A stretch of 59,749 nucleotides of DNA from Dimargaris cristalligena (lineage: Eukaryota). Positions 1 through 12,623 of the stretch are shown here, in pieces (the stretch's first letter is position 1; every line of letters starts with the position of its first letter). The translations under genes and the position numbers were made by a program. The notes under the pieces are model-generated. The model made no database searches. It was given only the letters and a program-made list of their open reading frames with translations, and was not told the DNA's origin. The DNA is taken from contig ML002247.1 in assembly GCA_003614675.1 (NCBI GenBank), forward strand, positions 1-59,749, in the 5' to 3' direction.

Positions 1-69
1 TTACATGGGACGCTGGGCCAGCATTGGGAACCCCCAGTGATATAGTATCAACAATAGCTATAGAAATCG

Positions 70-1690
70 CAAAAAGGGGGGTGGATGGGGAAAAATGGTG
101 GGGAATGTAGGAGATATTACCCGAAGTAGCGACACAGGGAGTGTCAATTTCCAATTACTTGATGGAAATGGCAGGTGGTAGTTGAAGATTGGGGGTATTG
201 TGTGGAAAGGGAAGCTATGCCCTCGGGAGAGGAAATGGGTAAAGCAGCGACTAGCGAAGTCAAATGTATGGCAAATAGGTAAGCCCAAGAAGTATCCCCT
301 GAGAATAGTAAGTGATGGTGTCCTGGGACCACGAGATAAAGGGTCCGGAGAAGAGCGCCTAGTAAGCAATGCTTTGGGGCTTGTTTTTCTGATTGACGCA
401 GCCCGGGCCTGGTGGGAAGGTGGAGGGGGCCTGTTGTTGGCACACTATAGGGTCATTTATCTCCTAGGTCTAAGTACATTCTTGATCTAAACCGGTTGGT
501 ATAAAATAATATATAGAAAAAAAAACGTCATTAGTTAGAAGCCATTATGCACTAAAATCCCAAACCACCTTGGGAACTCGCACTTGGTTGTAGTCGTAAT
601 GAATAAAAGAACCGGCATAACAGTAAGGAAGCAAAGCGCCACCGCCCCAGCCTTCCTTTCATCCACTCTTTTACCAGCTGCAATATAAGCACTGATTATT
701 ACAATTGCAAAACAGCAGTGTAAGTGGTACTAATGGAGTAGTATATAAGGGGTGGGTGGTTGCACTGTGGTAAAAATATTCGGAATATGTATAAATATAT
801 ATAAATTAGACCTACCTTTTGTAAAACCCAATATATGGGTTTTATAATGGGCGCCTTAGGATCGGCTGTAGGGTAGTCCCTACTGGGCCGATCCTTGCCC
901 ATGGTTATGAATATTTTTTTCCAAGCCATGTCAATGAATAAAAAAGTATTTTTGGATTATATTTGAACACTCTGGGGGGGGGGCATGTGTATTTATACAT
1001 CTCCGGGGGTATGGCACCTGTCCCAGAAAAAACATGTGGATAAGACAGGGAATAAGGGTTTCCCTTACAAGAAAAATAATAATAATGAGGCCATTAGGGA
1101 AGCCAATTTTTAAGATTGTCCAGTATAACAGTATTTCCAAGTCGGTTTTTCCTTGTATTGTATACTTCCTTCTAATTCAATCCAATTCAATCACAAGTAC
1201 CACTGGTATTGTGGTTTTACATATCCCGATGGTAGGCCCTAATCTTTTCCCTGAAGGTCAGGTGGCTCTTTCACTAACAATGGTAGTTCCCACCCATTTG
1301 TAGAAGCATTCGTTCCATGAATAATACTATCTTTCCTGATGGCAGTCATGTATGGTATGGCCATTATCATCAACTTTCCTGTATAGTTAAAAAAAGGTGC
1401 ATCATCATTATTTTCTTTCTCCATTGCTAGTATGGCCCCCTGTTCCCACTTATTGACCCTTTCTTTATGTATACCCCATTTACATTGCTTAGTCTGATAT
1501 GATATCTTTATTTTCAAACCCCCCCTTCCTTACCTGTATCTAATAATAGTGATAGTAACATCAGTTCTTCAAGTTTTAGCCCCAGCAAATCCTATTCAAG
1601 CAGACTAAGGGTTGCCCCAGGCATGATGAATACATCTGAAAATTGAATGTTGTTTATTATCATGAATATTAGATTATAGATTCCTATATT
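70..1690 (-). pseudogene. Decayed copy A of an unknown spliced multi-copy gene/element (left arm of inverted duplication)
   Basis: The reverse complement aligns by eye with 3695-5330 (e.g. 1091-1195 vs 4185-4292; 815-905 vs 4485-4575). It encodes GKDRPSRDYPTADPKAPIIKPIYWVLQK followed by a GTAGGT donor, and carries stops and frameshifts. Confidence 0.7.
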
Positions 1691-2349
1691 TACTGCTACC
1701 CTGGTTGACCACTCTTAGTACATGAAGTGACCTGGTGGGTAGTTTTTTAATGGTAATACAGGTGCCAGCTAGCCCATGTGGTGTAATAGTGTCAGGTACT
1801 GGTATTCTCTATTAAAGAACAAGGTACAATATTATCAGGGACATTGCATTAGTGCATACTTACTAGTTGGTAGGGGAAATGGAGAGTCATTAAAGATGAA
1901 GATATTGGTAGAGTAGTGAAAGCATTAGATGATCATACCAGTATGCAAGTAGGGGAAGTATTCAAGACAATGAAGCAACTAGGTAGTACACATTGTACTT
2001 GGTTAGTTGGGGATACTACAGGTTGAAAAGGGATCTACTACAGTTGTTGTAAGGGTGGTTAGAGGTTACTTTAGCATGAAGGATCCCTGTCACTGGTGAC
2101 CATTCATGAATATACATATGGCCATCATTGGGTGTAGCAGGAGGTACTTCTGTGGCTGGAGCTTATAATGGCATAGTTAAGTGTTAATGAACATGGCTGC
2201 CTTTGTCTTTAGCTTCACTTTCTGTTTCTTTAGGGTAATCAGCTGGACCAACAGAAAGAACTGTGACTACTTATTAGCCTACCAAGGATTTCAGTAGGGG
2301 CCCAACACTTGGTCATCCCATCAAAACTGGTTGCTGTTCATTCTACTGT

Positions 2350-2560
2350 GGGACTTTTGGGTTTCCCCTAGACATATAAAATCTGCTGGTTTGCCTCTTC
2401 TTTTGGCCTGCATATACCAATAACACAATATTAGATAATAGAAATAGCTACAAGTAAATCTTATATAGAGAGCAGTGGTGTTGTTGGTAGGGGTTACCCT
2501 ACAACCAACCCCATTGCTCCAATTATTAAGCCCATAGTCTGGGCTTATCACAAGGTAAGT
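2350..2560 (+). pseudogene. Third, more diverged copy B of the same element
   Basis: Translates to GRGYPTTNPIAPIIKPIVWAYHK followed by a GTAAGT donor at 2554, at the same codon position as copies A and C. Confidence 0.6.
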
Positions 2561-3694
2561 TGTGAGTTTACTAATATTTATTAATATATATAACTTGTTA
2601 TCTTTTTGTGTATTGATGAGTAAAGACATTATTAATATATAGAATTCTGGTCATAATGGTTATTGAATTTCCTATGCCAAACATTTTCCCTTTTTTTGAT
2701 TAGTGTGTGTGTATAATGGTGTTAATGAGACAGTGGTACTTAGTTTCTAAGAAATTATAATGCTCACATTTCAATTATGCTATCTTTTTGGTCAAGTGTT
2801 TTCCAATTGCACATACTTTTGAATTTAATGCAGCTGTTATTGACCTAGAGCTTTACTTAATATTCCATAGTTTGTGTTGGACCTTCTAATCTAACTTTTT
2901 CCAGATATAATAATTGTCTATTCCTATTAGGCCTTATAGTACCATATTAACCTTCCTATGGTCACCCCCAGTACTATGAGATCACCCTATATTATATAAT
3001 TGTTCCCCTTCCAGACTCCTTGGTTTACACTAATCACTCCAGTGCTAATCTGAAGACCATTCCAAGTCCTCTTGGCCATCCAGTTGGTCTATTTTATCTT
3101 ACCCTAGTCTTAGTAGTATCCTTCTCTGGGGACCTCACTCTGGAGTCATCCTTGCATATATATAACTGGGCCCCACCAGGACTGTTTTGAACCTTAGCTT
3201 ATTCCTGCCCCCTAGTTTATCCTAATAAACTATATATATGCTTACCCCCCTTTGTATTTGACTAATAAGTGTGCTTACTGCACATCCCTTACTTATACCT
3301 GTATCTAGTAGCCTTTATTAGTTCATACTGTGCCCCCAACCTAATAATAGGACCTGCTTAGCTGAGCCTAAGCCCTATCTGCCATTAAAAGCCTATCCTT
3401 GTCACTCTTGATGGACTAGGAGTGGTTAACTTGGGTGACACTATTCAAATGTGAATGATTGGATACTACTCAGGCTGTGGCCTTTTATTGATGCTTATTA
3501 GGCCACCTATTATTACTATAAACTTATTACACATCCCCTATATTATTCAAAGCCTTATTATTTAAGGACCTATGTTAGATTATGGCAATTTTAATATTTG
3601 GAATATTTGAAGCACCTTTCAATAGAAATTTAAACATCTATAGTGGCATTCTACACTGACACAAAAGGGACCTATAGAATATTCCCATACATCT

Positions 3695-5330
3695 GAATTA
3701 GGAAATATTCTAGTTTTCATGACATAAAAATAGTCATTCGGTTTTATGATATATTCTTATAACCTGTAGTCATGCCTAATCCAACACAAATTGGCTTGGC
3801 TGGGCCATGCCTTGAATAAATAGCGACATTAGCATTATATTTGGTCATTAACGAGACACAGGGGGTGGGAAACAAAGGTGTCATATCTAACTAGACAATT
3901 CGAGTGTAGAATATGGGGAAAAAAGAGTCAATAACCAGGAATGGAAGGCCGTATTAACAATGCACAAATAGGATAATGCTAGTGTATCTTGTTTCTAGCT
4001 AGTAGGGAAAATCAATGGGAATAGCCGAATTGTTCTTGACTACGGCAGGGAAAAGCATTGTTATCCATAGAATGAATGCTTCACCCAATGGGTGGGAAGT
4101 ACTGTTATTAGTGAAAGAGTCGCCACCTTCACGAAAAAGATTAGGGCTTGTATATCAGGATGTATAGGTCTATTATGCTGTTTGTCTTGGTATTTGAATT
4201 GCATTGAATTAGAAGGAAGTATACAATACAAGGAAAACCCAACTAGGAAATACTGTAACACTGGAAAATGTTAAAAATCAGCTTCACTAATGGCCTCATT
4301 AGTTCTTTTTTTTTATCCTGTGTGGGAATCCCTTATTCCCCGGCCAATATATCTGTTTTTTCTGGGTCAGGAGTTGTACCCCCAGAATTATATAAATGCA
4401 CCTGCTCCTGTCGCCCAAAGTTTATGAATATAAATTTACTGTCACACATTATTTGACTATGGCTTTGATTAATATCATTCTAACCAGGGGCAAGGATCGG
4501 CCCAGTAGGGATTACTCTACAGCCGATCCTAAGGCGCCCATTGTAAAACCCATATATTGGGTTTTACAAAAGGTAAGCTCACACTTTTATAAATATATAT
4601 ATATATGTTGTTAATATTATCACTTCGGTGCAACCCTCCGGCCTTTTTATACTTCTCCATTGGTGATCATTACACTGCCATTTGACCGTTGGAATATTTC
4701 ATACTGATACTACAATTAGTGAAAGGGTGGGGGTGAAAGGATAATTGGGGTGGTGGCTGCTTGTTTCCAAGGAGTTATACTGACCCTTGTCCCATTTGCC
4801 ACGACGGCCAATTTTTCATTCCTAGCATGTTAGAAGTTATAATACAGGGGCCTCTTTCAAATGCGTAATGGATTCTAACTAATGATGATATATCTATTGT
4901 ATTTTATAATACCTTGTCCCCTCTATACAGATTAAAAACACATTTAGGTCTAGAAAGTAACCGACCCTATAGTGCAGCTCTGATGGGCCCCCCTCACCTC
5001 TGTACCTGGACCATACTGCGTCAAATGGGTTATTATGCCCCATAACATGGCCTTACTGGTCACAATTCCCCGGGCCTTTCCCCCCTGGACGCGGATGCCA
5101 CTACTAACTGTTTCCTGGGGGTTCTTTTTAGAGTTCTATCAGTCATCTATTAACATTATTTGTGCAGGTCACTGCTTGGCCTCACTTCCTCTCCCGGCAG
5201 CATAATCACCTTTCAACTTTAATACCGCCAACCGTCACCTGCCATTTCCATCGAGTAATTGGAAATCGCCACTCTGGGTAATATATCCTTCATTACCCCC
5301 CATTGTTCCCCATTCACTACCCTTTTTACT
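3695..5330 (+). pseudogene. Decayed copy C (right arm of inverted duplication)
   Basis: Encodes GKDRPSRDYSTADPKAPIVKPIYWVLQK followed by a GTAAGC donor at 4573. It mirrors 70-1690 and has in-frame stops. Confidence 0.7.
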
Positions 5331-5477
5331 ATGTGGAACGACAAATTGGTAAAATAGCGTGCAGGTATAGAATTCTCCGAGGTTCACTATACACTATGTC
5401 TAACCTGGTGCTATTGCATCCTGGTTTAAATATTAAATAATAAATCAACCCATTCTATAACTTCCTATTAATAATAG

Positions 5478-5690
5478 TGACATTACCTGCTAGAGCGTGA
5501 AGGTGTCTCCTGTAGCAAGCCTACGCACTAAGTTGGGTTCGAATAGTAGTGACCACGGCGAGGCGTATCCCTCACAGCCTGTGATTCGCCTGAGCTTCTG
5601 CGGTCACCGCGTTGAGACCTCATAATACCCCTACTCTGTGGTTAGCGCGTTAACTACTTACCAAATGGCCTTAGGGCAGTAACATTTCTT
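5478..5690 (+). ncRNA. Candidate structured non-coding RNA of unassigned family
   Basis: Nested complementary segments read by eye: TTAC(C)TGCT/GGCAGTAA, AGGT(G)TCTC/GAGACCT, GTGACC/GGTCAC, AGGCG/CGCCT, TCACA/TGTGA and GTGGTTAG/TTAACTAC. It is a GC-richer island in AT-rich flanks. Confidence 0.3.
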
Positions 5691-5912
5691 GCATGACTTA
5701 GTTAAGAATAGCTCTTTCTATTCAACTATCTCCATTTTTAGATTGCTTTATTCAACCCTAATTCGAAATCTCAGTAAGGAGACGGAAGCACAATCAGCCT
5801 GTATTTGTTTTCCCTCTCCCCTCCCCTTCAGCACCACCCAATCGTCGCATTACTTGAATTCGGAACCTATATTTTTTTTTGCTACGCTGCGTTGTCCGAT
5901 TCATTGGGCCTC

Positions 5913-6822
5913 ATGAGTGCCTACGACGATCTCATCGGGGGTTCCCTTAAGTTGAAAGGAAAAGGCGGGGGAGTTACCAAGTAAGTTACACCTCCATCCC
6001 AGGGCGATTCGGTTACATACATTCCAATGGAGTGTCAGGGAGGTGCACCTCCTTCCTCAGTATTGCATTAGGCGATCCCATTTTACATTGAAGCTGGAAC
6101 CATGATCCCCTCAGACTTGACATGCCACATTGAGGTATTTCACCTAACTCTCGCATGTACCGTATGTCCCATCTACGCGTCTTTACAACCCTCGCTCCAC
6201 CGCTTACAGAAAGAGTAAAAAGTCCAAGAAGTCGAAAAAGGCTAGTCACAGTGGTAGTAGCGGCAGCGGTAGATCAACTGCTAAGCAATACGACCAGAGC
6301 CAAGATGGCGATTCAAGTCAGATTATCACTCCCGCTGAAGCATCAGTAGCCAAAACCAAGGCTGAAATTGAATTCGAAAAGGCCCAAGAAAGACGGGTAA
6401 GTTCGTGGATTGATTATTTAGTAGTTTGGCGGCGACTGGGGACTAGTTAGTTAGTCGGACACTCTCATTCAGCAGCTCTAAGAGTGCTTTTACATTTCGA
6501 TATACGGTCACTCCATTTGATTTGAAGACAGTCAAGGCCATGACGGAGTGTATCCACCCCCTCTCCTCGGTATATATTACCACCTATAACTTAGTTTGAT
6601 TAGAAGTGCGGATACTTACATATATGGATCTCTTTATTCTTGGTATATATATTCTTATTGTGGGGGGTGTATTATTATGGCCATTCCCGGCATCTTTACT
6701 AGAAAATGAAACAATACTCCAAATTCGTCGAGAAATCCCATCCCGAACGGGTGGCTGAGTTTAACGAGAAATTAGACAAACTATCCGAGCACTATGATAT
6801 TCCGAAAGTGGGACCTGGCTAA
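5913..6822 (+). CDS. FAM32A-family (DUF1754) small basic nuclear protein
   Basis: Exons 5913-5980, 6210-6396, 6703-6822 with GT-AG introns, in frame. Begins MSAYDDLIGGSLKLKG, contains KTKAEIEFEK, and ends LSEHYDIPKVGPG, the family signature. Confidence 0.9.
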
Positions 6823-7045
6823 TGTGTGCTGCTGTGTCGATGGTTTGATCCCATCGATCGCCTAGCGACTCACTTCGCTATTCCCCTTTACTATATTCCA
6901 AATTACCTCGTTTGTTGTTGGAGGAGGGATGTCGGAAGTATGTTTGACCCTTTTGATTGGCCATTTTCCGGCTGGGTGCCGCAGTACTGTAAATCCCACC
7001 TTTCCCACCCAGTCGCTCGTTCTATTTCTCTCACCCTTTATCAAT

Positions 7046-7190
7046 AAATGGGTGAACTTCAACCCAACTGTATAAGATTTTACACAATATGTGTATGGGA
7101 GAATATGTGGGAGAATAACTTTTGACCAGTAATATTTACCTCATCAAATGGATTATTCGTTATACAGCCTGGATGAATATCTGCCAAATT
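7046..7190 (-). repeat. Dispersed ~150 bp relic repeat, copy 1
   Basis: Similar to 23233-23388 (same orientation) and 33966-34112 (inverted). Residual peptide on the minus strand: HPGCITNNPFDE...PYTYCVKSYTVGLKFTH. Confidence 0.75.
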
Positions 7191-7512
7191 TTACTGTTTA
7201 TGTTTTATCAATCCCCCCCCCAGTCACTAAATCTGAGCAATTTGCTTGGGGTTGGGCTAAAATCGCGCAGTATAGGTTGTTGACTCATCTGTAGCGAGTT
7301 GAGTGCTGGGCGTTTTTAGGAAGGCACTGGAAGCCATGGATTTTTGTGACGGGGAACTGCGGAAGTCCCCTTCTAACCCAATCGAGGTTGGTTAAGTATC
7401 CCAATAATGGTTAAAAGGGGGAGATTGGCAGGCATTAAAGTTTAGTTCTAGCGGAGGAAAGTCCTAATTGACATGGGTTAAAGAGGAAGGGCCGATTGAC
7501 AGCAGCTATTGT

Positions 7513-8036
7513 GTGACGTCACGGGCTTTAGTTTAATAGTGCCGTAAAGCAAGGGAGAATGGCCTGTCCAAACTTGGCACGTAGTTTCCTTTATTGGCAG
7601 TGGTAAGGGGGGGAAGTTGAATTGTTTGGACCTATGGTAATGAATGACGCAGGGCTTAAAATTGGGTGTAACCCTCACTAACTACTACTTATTGACGTAA
7701 TAATTCCGATTGGTTCCCACACCATCGAGATTTATGGGGGCGCATCCCGCAGCAAGCTCCGTCCAAAATAACTAACTAAGCCATTCACACCTTCTCTACC
7801 CATGTGCCGCTTCAATAGAATCTATTCATTAGCCCCTGTCTATAGAGAAATAGAGAGAAACACCCCTGCCATTCTTGGTGACGAATGACGTATGACCACC
7901 CATCGACATCGGAGAAGCGGAACCATGGCTACGAAATGAATGACGAAGAGGCGTATTATTATTAACCTTCCGCTCGTCATCCATCTAGGTCTATCTTCGC
8001 CCGGCTAACCTCGCACACAGCCAGTCACAGATGACG
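7513..8036. promoter_or_regulatory. Cluster of CRE/ATF-type (TGACG) sites upstream of the RTC3-like gene
   Basis: Palindrome GTGACGTCAC at 7513-7522; TGACG at 7645, 7693, 7879, 7886, 7941 and 8032; CGTCA at 7975. A TATA-like (TA)n run lies at ~8245. Confidence 0.6.
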
Positions 8037-8535
8037 CGACACAGGCTCTTTCCTTTGGAGAAGACGGGAGGGAGGGATACTCGCCATCAGTTGCCAAGCC
8101 TTCTCTCGCCTTCGAAACCGCCCTCGCCCATCCTGCTAAGAAGATAGACAAAGTGGCTTTGGTCCTCCTGTTATTGTTGTTGTGCCCTTCGCCTTAGCGC
8201 CGTTTCGCTTGAGCCCTCTCGCATCACCACGAATTAAGAATATCTATATATATAGAGAGAGAGAGACGGCTGAGCCCAACTCTTTGGTTTGACTTACATC
8301 CCGATCATCCTATTGTTCAGGTTTCACTCCTCAAACGCTATACCCTCTTTCTCTCCTTACATCTCTGACTTCGCCACTATATAGTAATCATTGCTGCAAT
8401 TAACCCGCCTCTTTCTTCCCAATACAACCCCAACCTTACCCCTTTTCTCTACCCCTATCTATCATTTTCGGTATTCGTGTTACACGCGATTGAATTGTTC
8501 TTACCTATTTTACCCCTACCCATTCATTTACCATC

Positions 8536-9284
8536 ATGTCGAGCGCTACCAAGATCGTTTACAAGGACACCCACAAGGGCAGTGAAGAATTCTTCGTCTT
8601 TGCCGAACCCGACATGATCAAAAAATGGCGCAAGGATAAGTCTATCCCCCTGGCCCAAGTGCTCGAAAGTAAGTGTAGTATACTCCCCCCTCCCTTCCGA
8701 TATAGCGACCGAATGCACGCCATCTCTACTCATACCTCGGGGGATGGCTTGAGCCCGAAATCGATTACCTAGTGCGTTAATTGAGATATCCACTCAGCAA
8801 TACATAATTAACCACCCTTATTGTATCTGCTCGGTCTGGCCATGTAACTCCTATACACCTGTTACATAATCATACTATATAGCCTTCAATGTCTACACCG
8901 TTGACACGGGCGGCAACACCGGTTTGGCCTCCACCCCTTCCAAGGGCACCTTAGAGTAAGTACAGTAGTAGTCATATCCTTCCTAATTATAATGAAAGAT
9001 ACCACCATCCATGATGGGGTACTACCCCTTCCCTTCTCCCCAAGACGTAAGAATCCCCTCGGTCTACACCACAGCTCTTCCTAGAAAGACTTACTAATTA
9101 ATCCCCATTGGATATATACTTCCCCTGGCATACCCATCGTGATTCTAGATCGACGTTCCAAACCTCGAACGTTGATGATATTTGCCGGTTTATCTTGGAA
9201 CGCGGCGAAATTAAGGGCGACTTTGAAGGCATGGGTAACCGCGATGAAACCAAGGATCCCTTCACTCTGGGCCAGTACAACTAA
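8536..9284 (+). CDS. RTC3: SBDS N-terminal-domain-only protein (RTC3/SDO1-like)
   Basis: Exons 8536-8668, 8883-8955, 9149-9284. Protein: KIVYKD..EEFFVFAEP..KKWRKDKSIPLAQVLETFNVY..GNTG..TPSKGTLESTFQTSNVDDICRFILERGE. Confidence 0.85.
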
Positions 9285-9946
9285 AACCGGGGGATAACCA
9301 GTAGTGTCTCTCTCTCTCTCTCTTTCTCCACAATATACTAGCTACCCTCATTGCCATCTGTCGAGTACAAAAGTCCCCTCAAAATAATATTTAGGGCAGA
9401 GCGGCAGACTCGCTGATTCGGAATAGGTTGTGTGTGGTCTCTGCTTATTTTCTTGGCTCCATTTAGTCTCATCAATAAAGTATGCTGCAACTGTCAAATA
9501 GTAGGGGTCATGCATGCGCTTCACCCTTTAGGGTAGGTGTGGTTACTTCATTGGAGTGCGGAGAGGGGCTCTGGGAATGATACTAGACAATAGGAGCTTT
9601 CGCATAGGTATACCACCCAATGACATCAGAATAGTAGAAATTACCTACCTTCGTTTGGTTTGATGACCTAGCGAATACATCATGGGAAAATAAGCGTAGC
9701 ACCATAGTAAGTACGTATACAGCCAAGAGATATCTTTGGAAATACAAAAGAGAAAGGGTATATCGTAATTTATTTAGCTACTATTTAGTATTACCAGTGG
9801 AGCAATAGCACTGCACTAGGAGGCGGGGTGGTCCACGGAGTGAGAGGGGCTATGGTTAGCCAATGCGGAACACAACATGTATGAAAGTCACATACACATG
9901 ATTGACCCCCCGAAAAATGACGCGGTGATGAGGGAGGTGTTTGCTT

Positions 9947-11546
9947 CTACTTTTTATCGGTCCGGCGCTTCTTGTGTCCCGAATCAGATTCCTTTTTGGT
10001 CTTGTGAGACTTCTTTTCCTTCTTAATGGGCGTTGATTCAACTTCATTGGTATCGGCGGCGATGGTGGTGGTAGTAGTAGTAGTAGTGGTGGTGGTGGTG
10101 TCAGTGGGACCACCTAAACAAAGCAAAGTAAAGCAAACCAAACAAAACCAAACGAAAAAAGAATAGCATAGGGAAGTGCTAAATGTTTAGCCAGACCTAT
10201 CGATGACATTATAAATAGGTAGGTTGATTGAGCCATACAATGCCTCTATAGTTTTGTAGAAATAATTCAAACTTACCGGTTGTGAATCCGTTGGGCTTGA
10301 AGCGGTGGATAATATTATCGGGCAGAGGACGCTTAGTGGGAGGTCGCGAGGCGAGGGCTTTCAATTCCTCGGTACTATCAGGAACATCGCACCGCTCGAC
10401 AATCGACATGAACTTGGTGGCCTCGAGATTGGCTGGTAATCCCAAGTTAACATATCATCACATCATAATCAAAAATACATTAAAAATGAAAGTGGCATAT
10501 ATAATCAGCAATAATGTATATAATAATATACATATATATATATATATTGCCAAACCCGCTTACTTGACTTAGTCAAAGTGAGCTTGTATGGTGATACTCG
10601 CTGTTGCTGTTGTTTGTTTTTTTAGGAGGGGGGGATTCAATGAATATAGTCCACATGGCACCCATTTTTTCTATCAATAAAACCGTTATATTTATAAATA
10701 TGTAAATATCGAAAAGACTTACCGAATGATAGGTTGCCGGCACTATTGGCCAAAAGCGGAGTCATACTACGGAGTTCCTGGGCACCGGTGAAGTCATTGG
10801 AAATACTTTCATGGCTCACCAGAGAGTGCTCAGCAGTCTCGGGATTGATGGGCTGACTCATGCGAAGGTCATACTTCGTAGTACCCAATTTAATGCGCAG
10901 AACCCGGCTGTGGCCGTTTTCCGGCTCAACGCGGTTCAGGTCCAATTCGGCACCGTTAAATACCTCGGGGTCGAGCTGGAAAATGCAAGCATCATTATAA
11001 AATTATATATATATATATATATGTATGTATATTAGTAAATTACATGATGAGACAGATATGCCCAGTAATACCGGGGTTTGCCCCATTAAACCCGAGCGGG
11101 CCGGTGTAGGGAAGAATACTACTGATTGAATAAAGGGTACATTCGCGAGAACTCGGTATCTTCCGCGGGAGCTTCACTTACGCTGTCAGGAATACGGATG
11201 AGCCAAATCTGTTGGTCTTGGAGATCATCGACTTTGGTGGTCGCGTCCTGATCGACTCCGGCATCTAAAAAGTCCTTGGGGACATCGAATACTACTCTAT
11301 AAGAAATAGTGGAAAATATATATAAAAGACAAGGTGCCATTATCGGACAATCGTACCCATACATAGTAGAGAAACTCGGTTAAACGAAAGTGGCAATAGT
11401 GGGGTTATTGTATCAATATGCCAATATGCCGAGGGTCAGGGAGGCGAATCTCTGCAGCGCTAGGCTCTATGCGATTAAGGGGAGGGGGGAGGGGAGATTG
11501 TACTAAAATTGTCTCGCTTGGAGCGGATAACCTACTTTGACGACAT
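9947..11546 (-). CDS. RPA34: RNA polymerase I subunit RPA34.5-like protein
   Basis: Exons 11546-11536, 11296-11182, 10975-10723, 10432-10277, 10113-9947. Motifs FDVPKDF, QIWLIRIPD and RFKPNGF, then a poly-Thr tract and a Lys-rich tail. Confidence 0.75.
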
Positions 11547-12623
11547 GGGATTGGATACTATAGGGAAGTGGTTGAATAGAGGGGGGCAGCAAACGAAACT
11601 GAACTCACAATGGAGACGAAATTAGCTAGTATTAGAAGAAGAGGAGGAAATAGGCGGTATGCCGAAAGGAATTTTTTTAAAAAAATATATAAAAATAAAT
11701 ACGCAGGTAAAAGGTATATTGTAGAGAAGGTACGTTCAGGAATTGAACCAATGGTTTGCCGGGTTAATGGAAATGGGAATGAGGATTAGGCACGGCACTG
11801 GGAGGGGAAAGGTAGACGAGTTCACCAAAGTAGCGTTGCTTAGAGACAATGCCTCGAGGGGTGGATTCGCTGTGAATTGAGCTTCGAAGTAAAGGACACG
11901 CTGTGACAACTAATAAAAACTTTCATCCTTTCTCCCTAACCACGTATATCTAGTATGCGGCCAAAAAAAAAAAGGAGAACAGTATGTACTCACCACCCAT
12001 TAGCATATAATCAGAAAACCCGATCCATAAATCCATTCACGTGATCTATCACTATCCAATATGGAAGAAACGGTTAAGTGCGTGGGGGTTTACTTTGGCT
12101 ATTACAAGTAAACCTTCTGTCGCCATTACGGTCTTTGTCTTAAGGGTTGTTGAGCATTTAAATATCAGCTAGTAGTAGCACAACCTATGTAGACAATGTA
12201 ATACGTTCAATTCAGCAGTATATCGAATTATATATTTGATGAGAGCAGAATTACCAGCAAATGTTAAACCCCCCGCCTATCTTCTCATATTATATATATA
12301 TATGTTTTAAATTATATACAGTCGAGTTGAATCTTGCCCATACACATCCTGATAAAATTGAGAGGGAGTGATATTTAATGATATATGAGGTATAACTAGT
12401 ACACGAGGCTTCCGGTGATACGACAGCGAAGAGACATTAGAAAGAAGGTGTATGGTAGTGAAGAAAGTTATATATGTATATAGAGAGTAAAGCGAAATCA
12501 TGGAAAACGGGACATCAACGATAGGTGGAAAAAGAACCCAAGAGGATGTGTGCGTGTGTGCATACATATACCACCCCCCATATAAATGAATGAATGTTGT
12601 TTTATGTTTATCAATCGCCCAAT

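Noticed and set aside
5536-5545. GGTTCGAAT T-loop/B-box-like motif (also 51506-51514)
   Set aside because: No cloverleaf or T-stem pairing, so no tRNA is called.
5637-5662. Minus-strand GTAAGT...GCTAAC.ACAG 26-nt mini-intron-like string
   Set aside because: Too short for a normal spliceosomal intron and no flanking ORF; probably coincidental within the hairpin.
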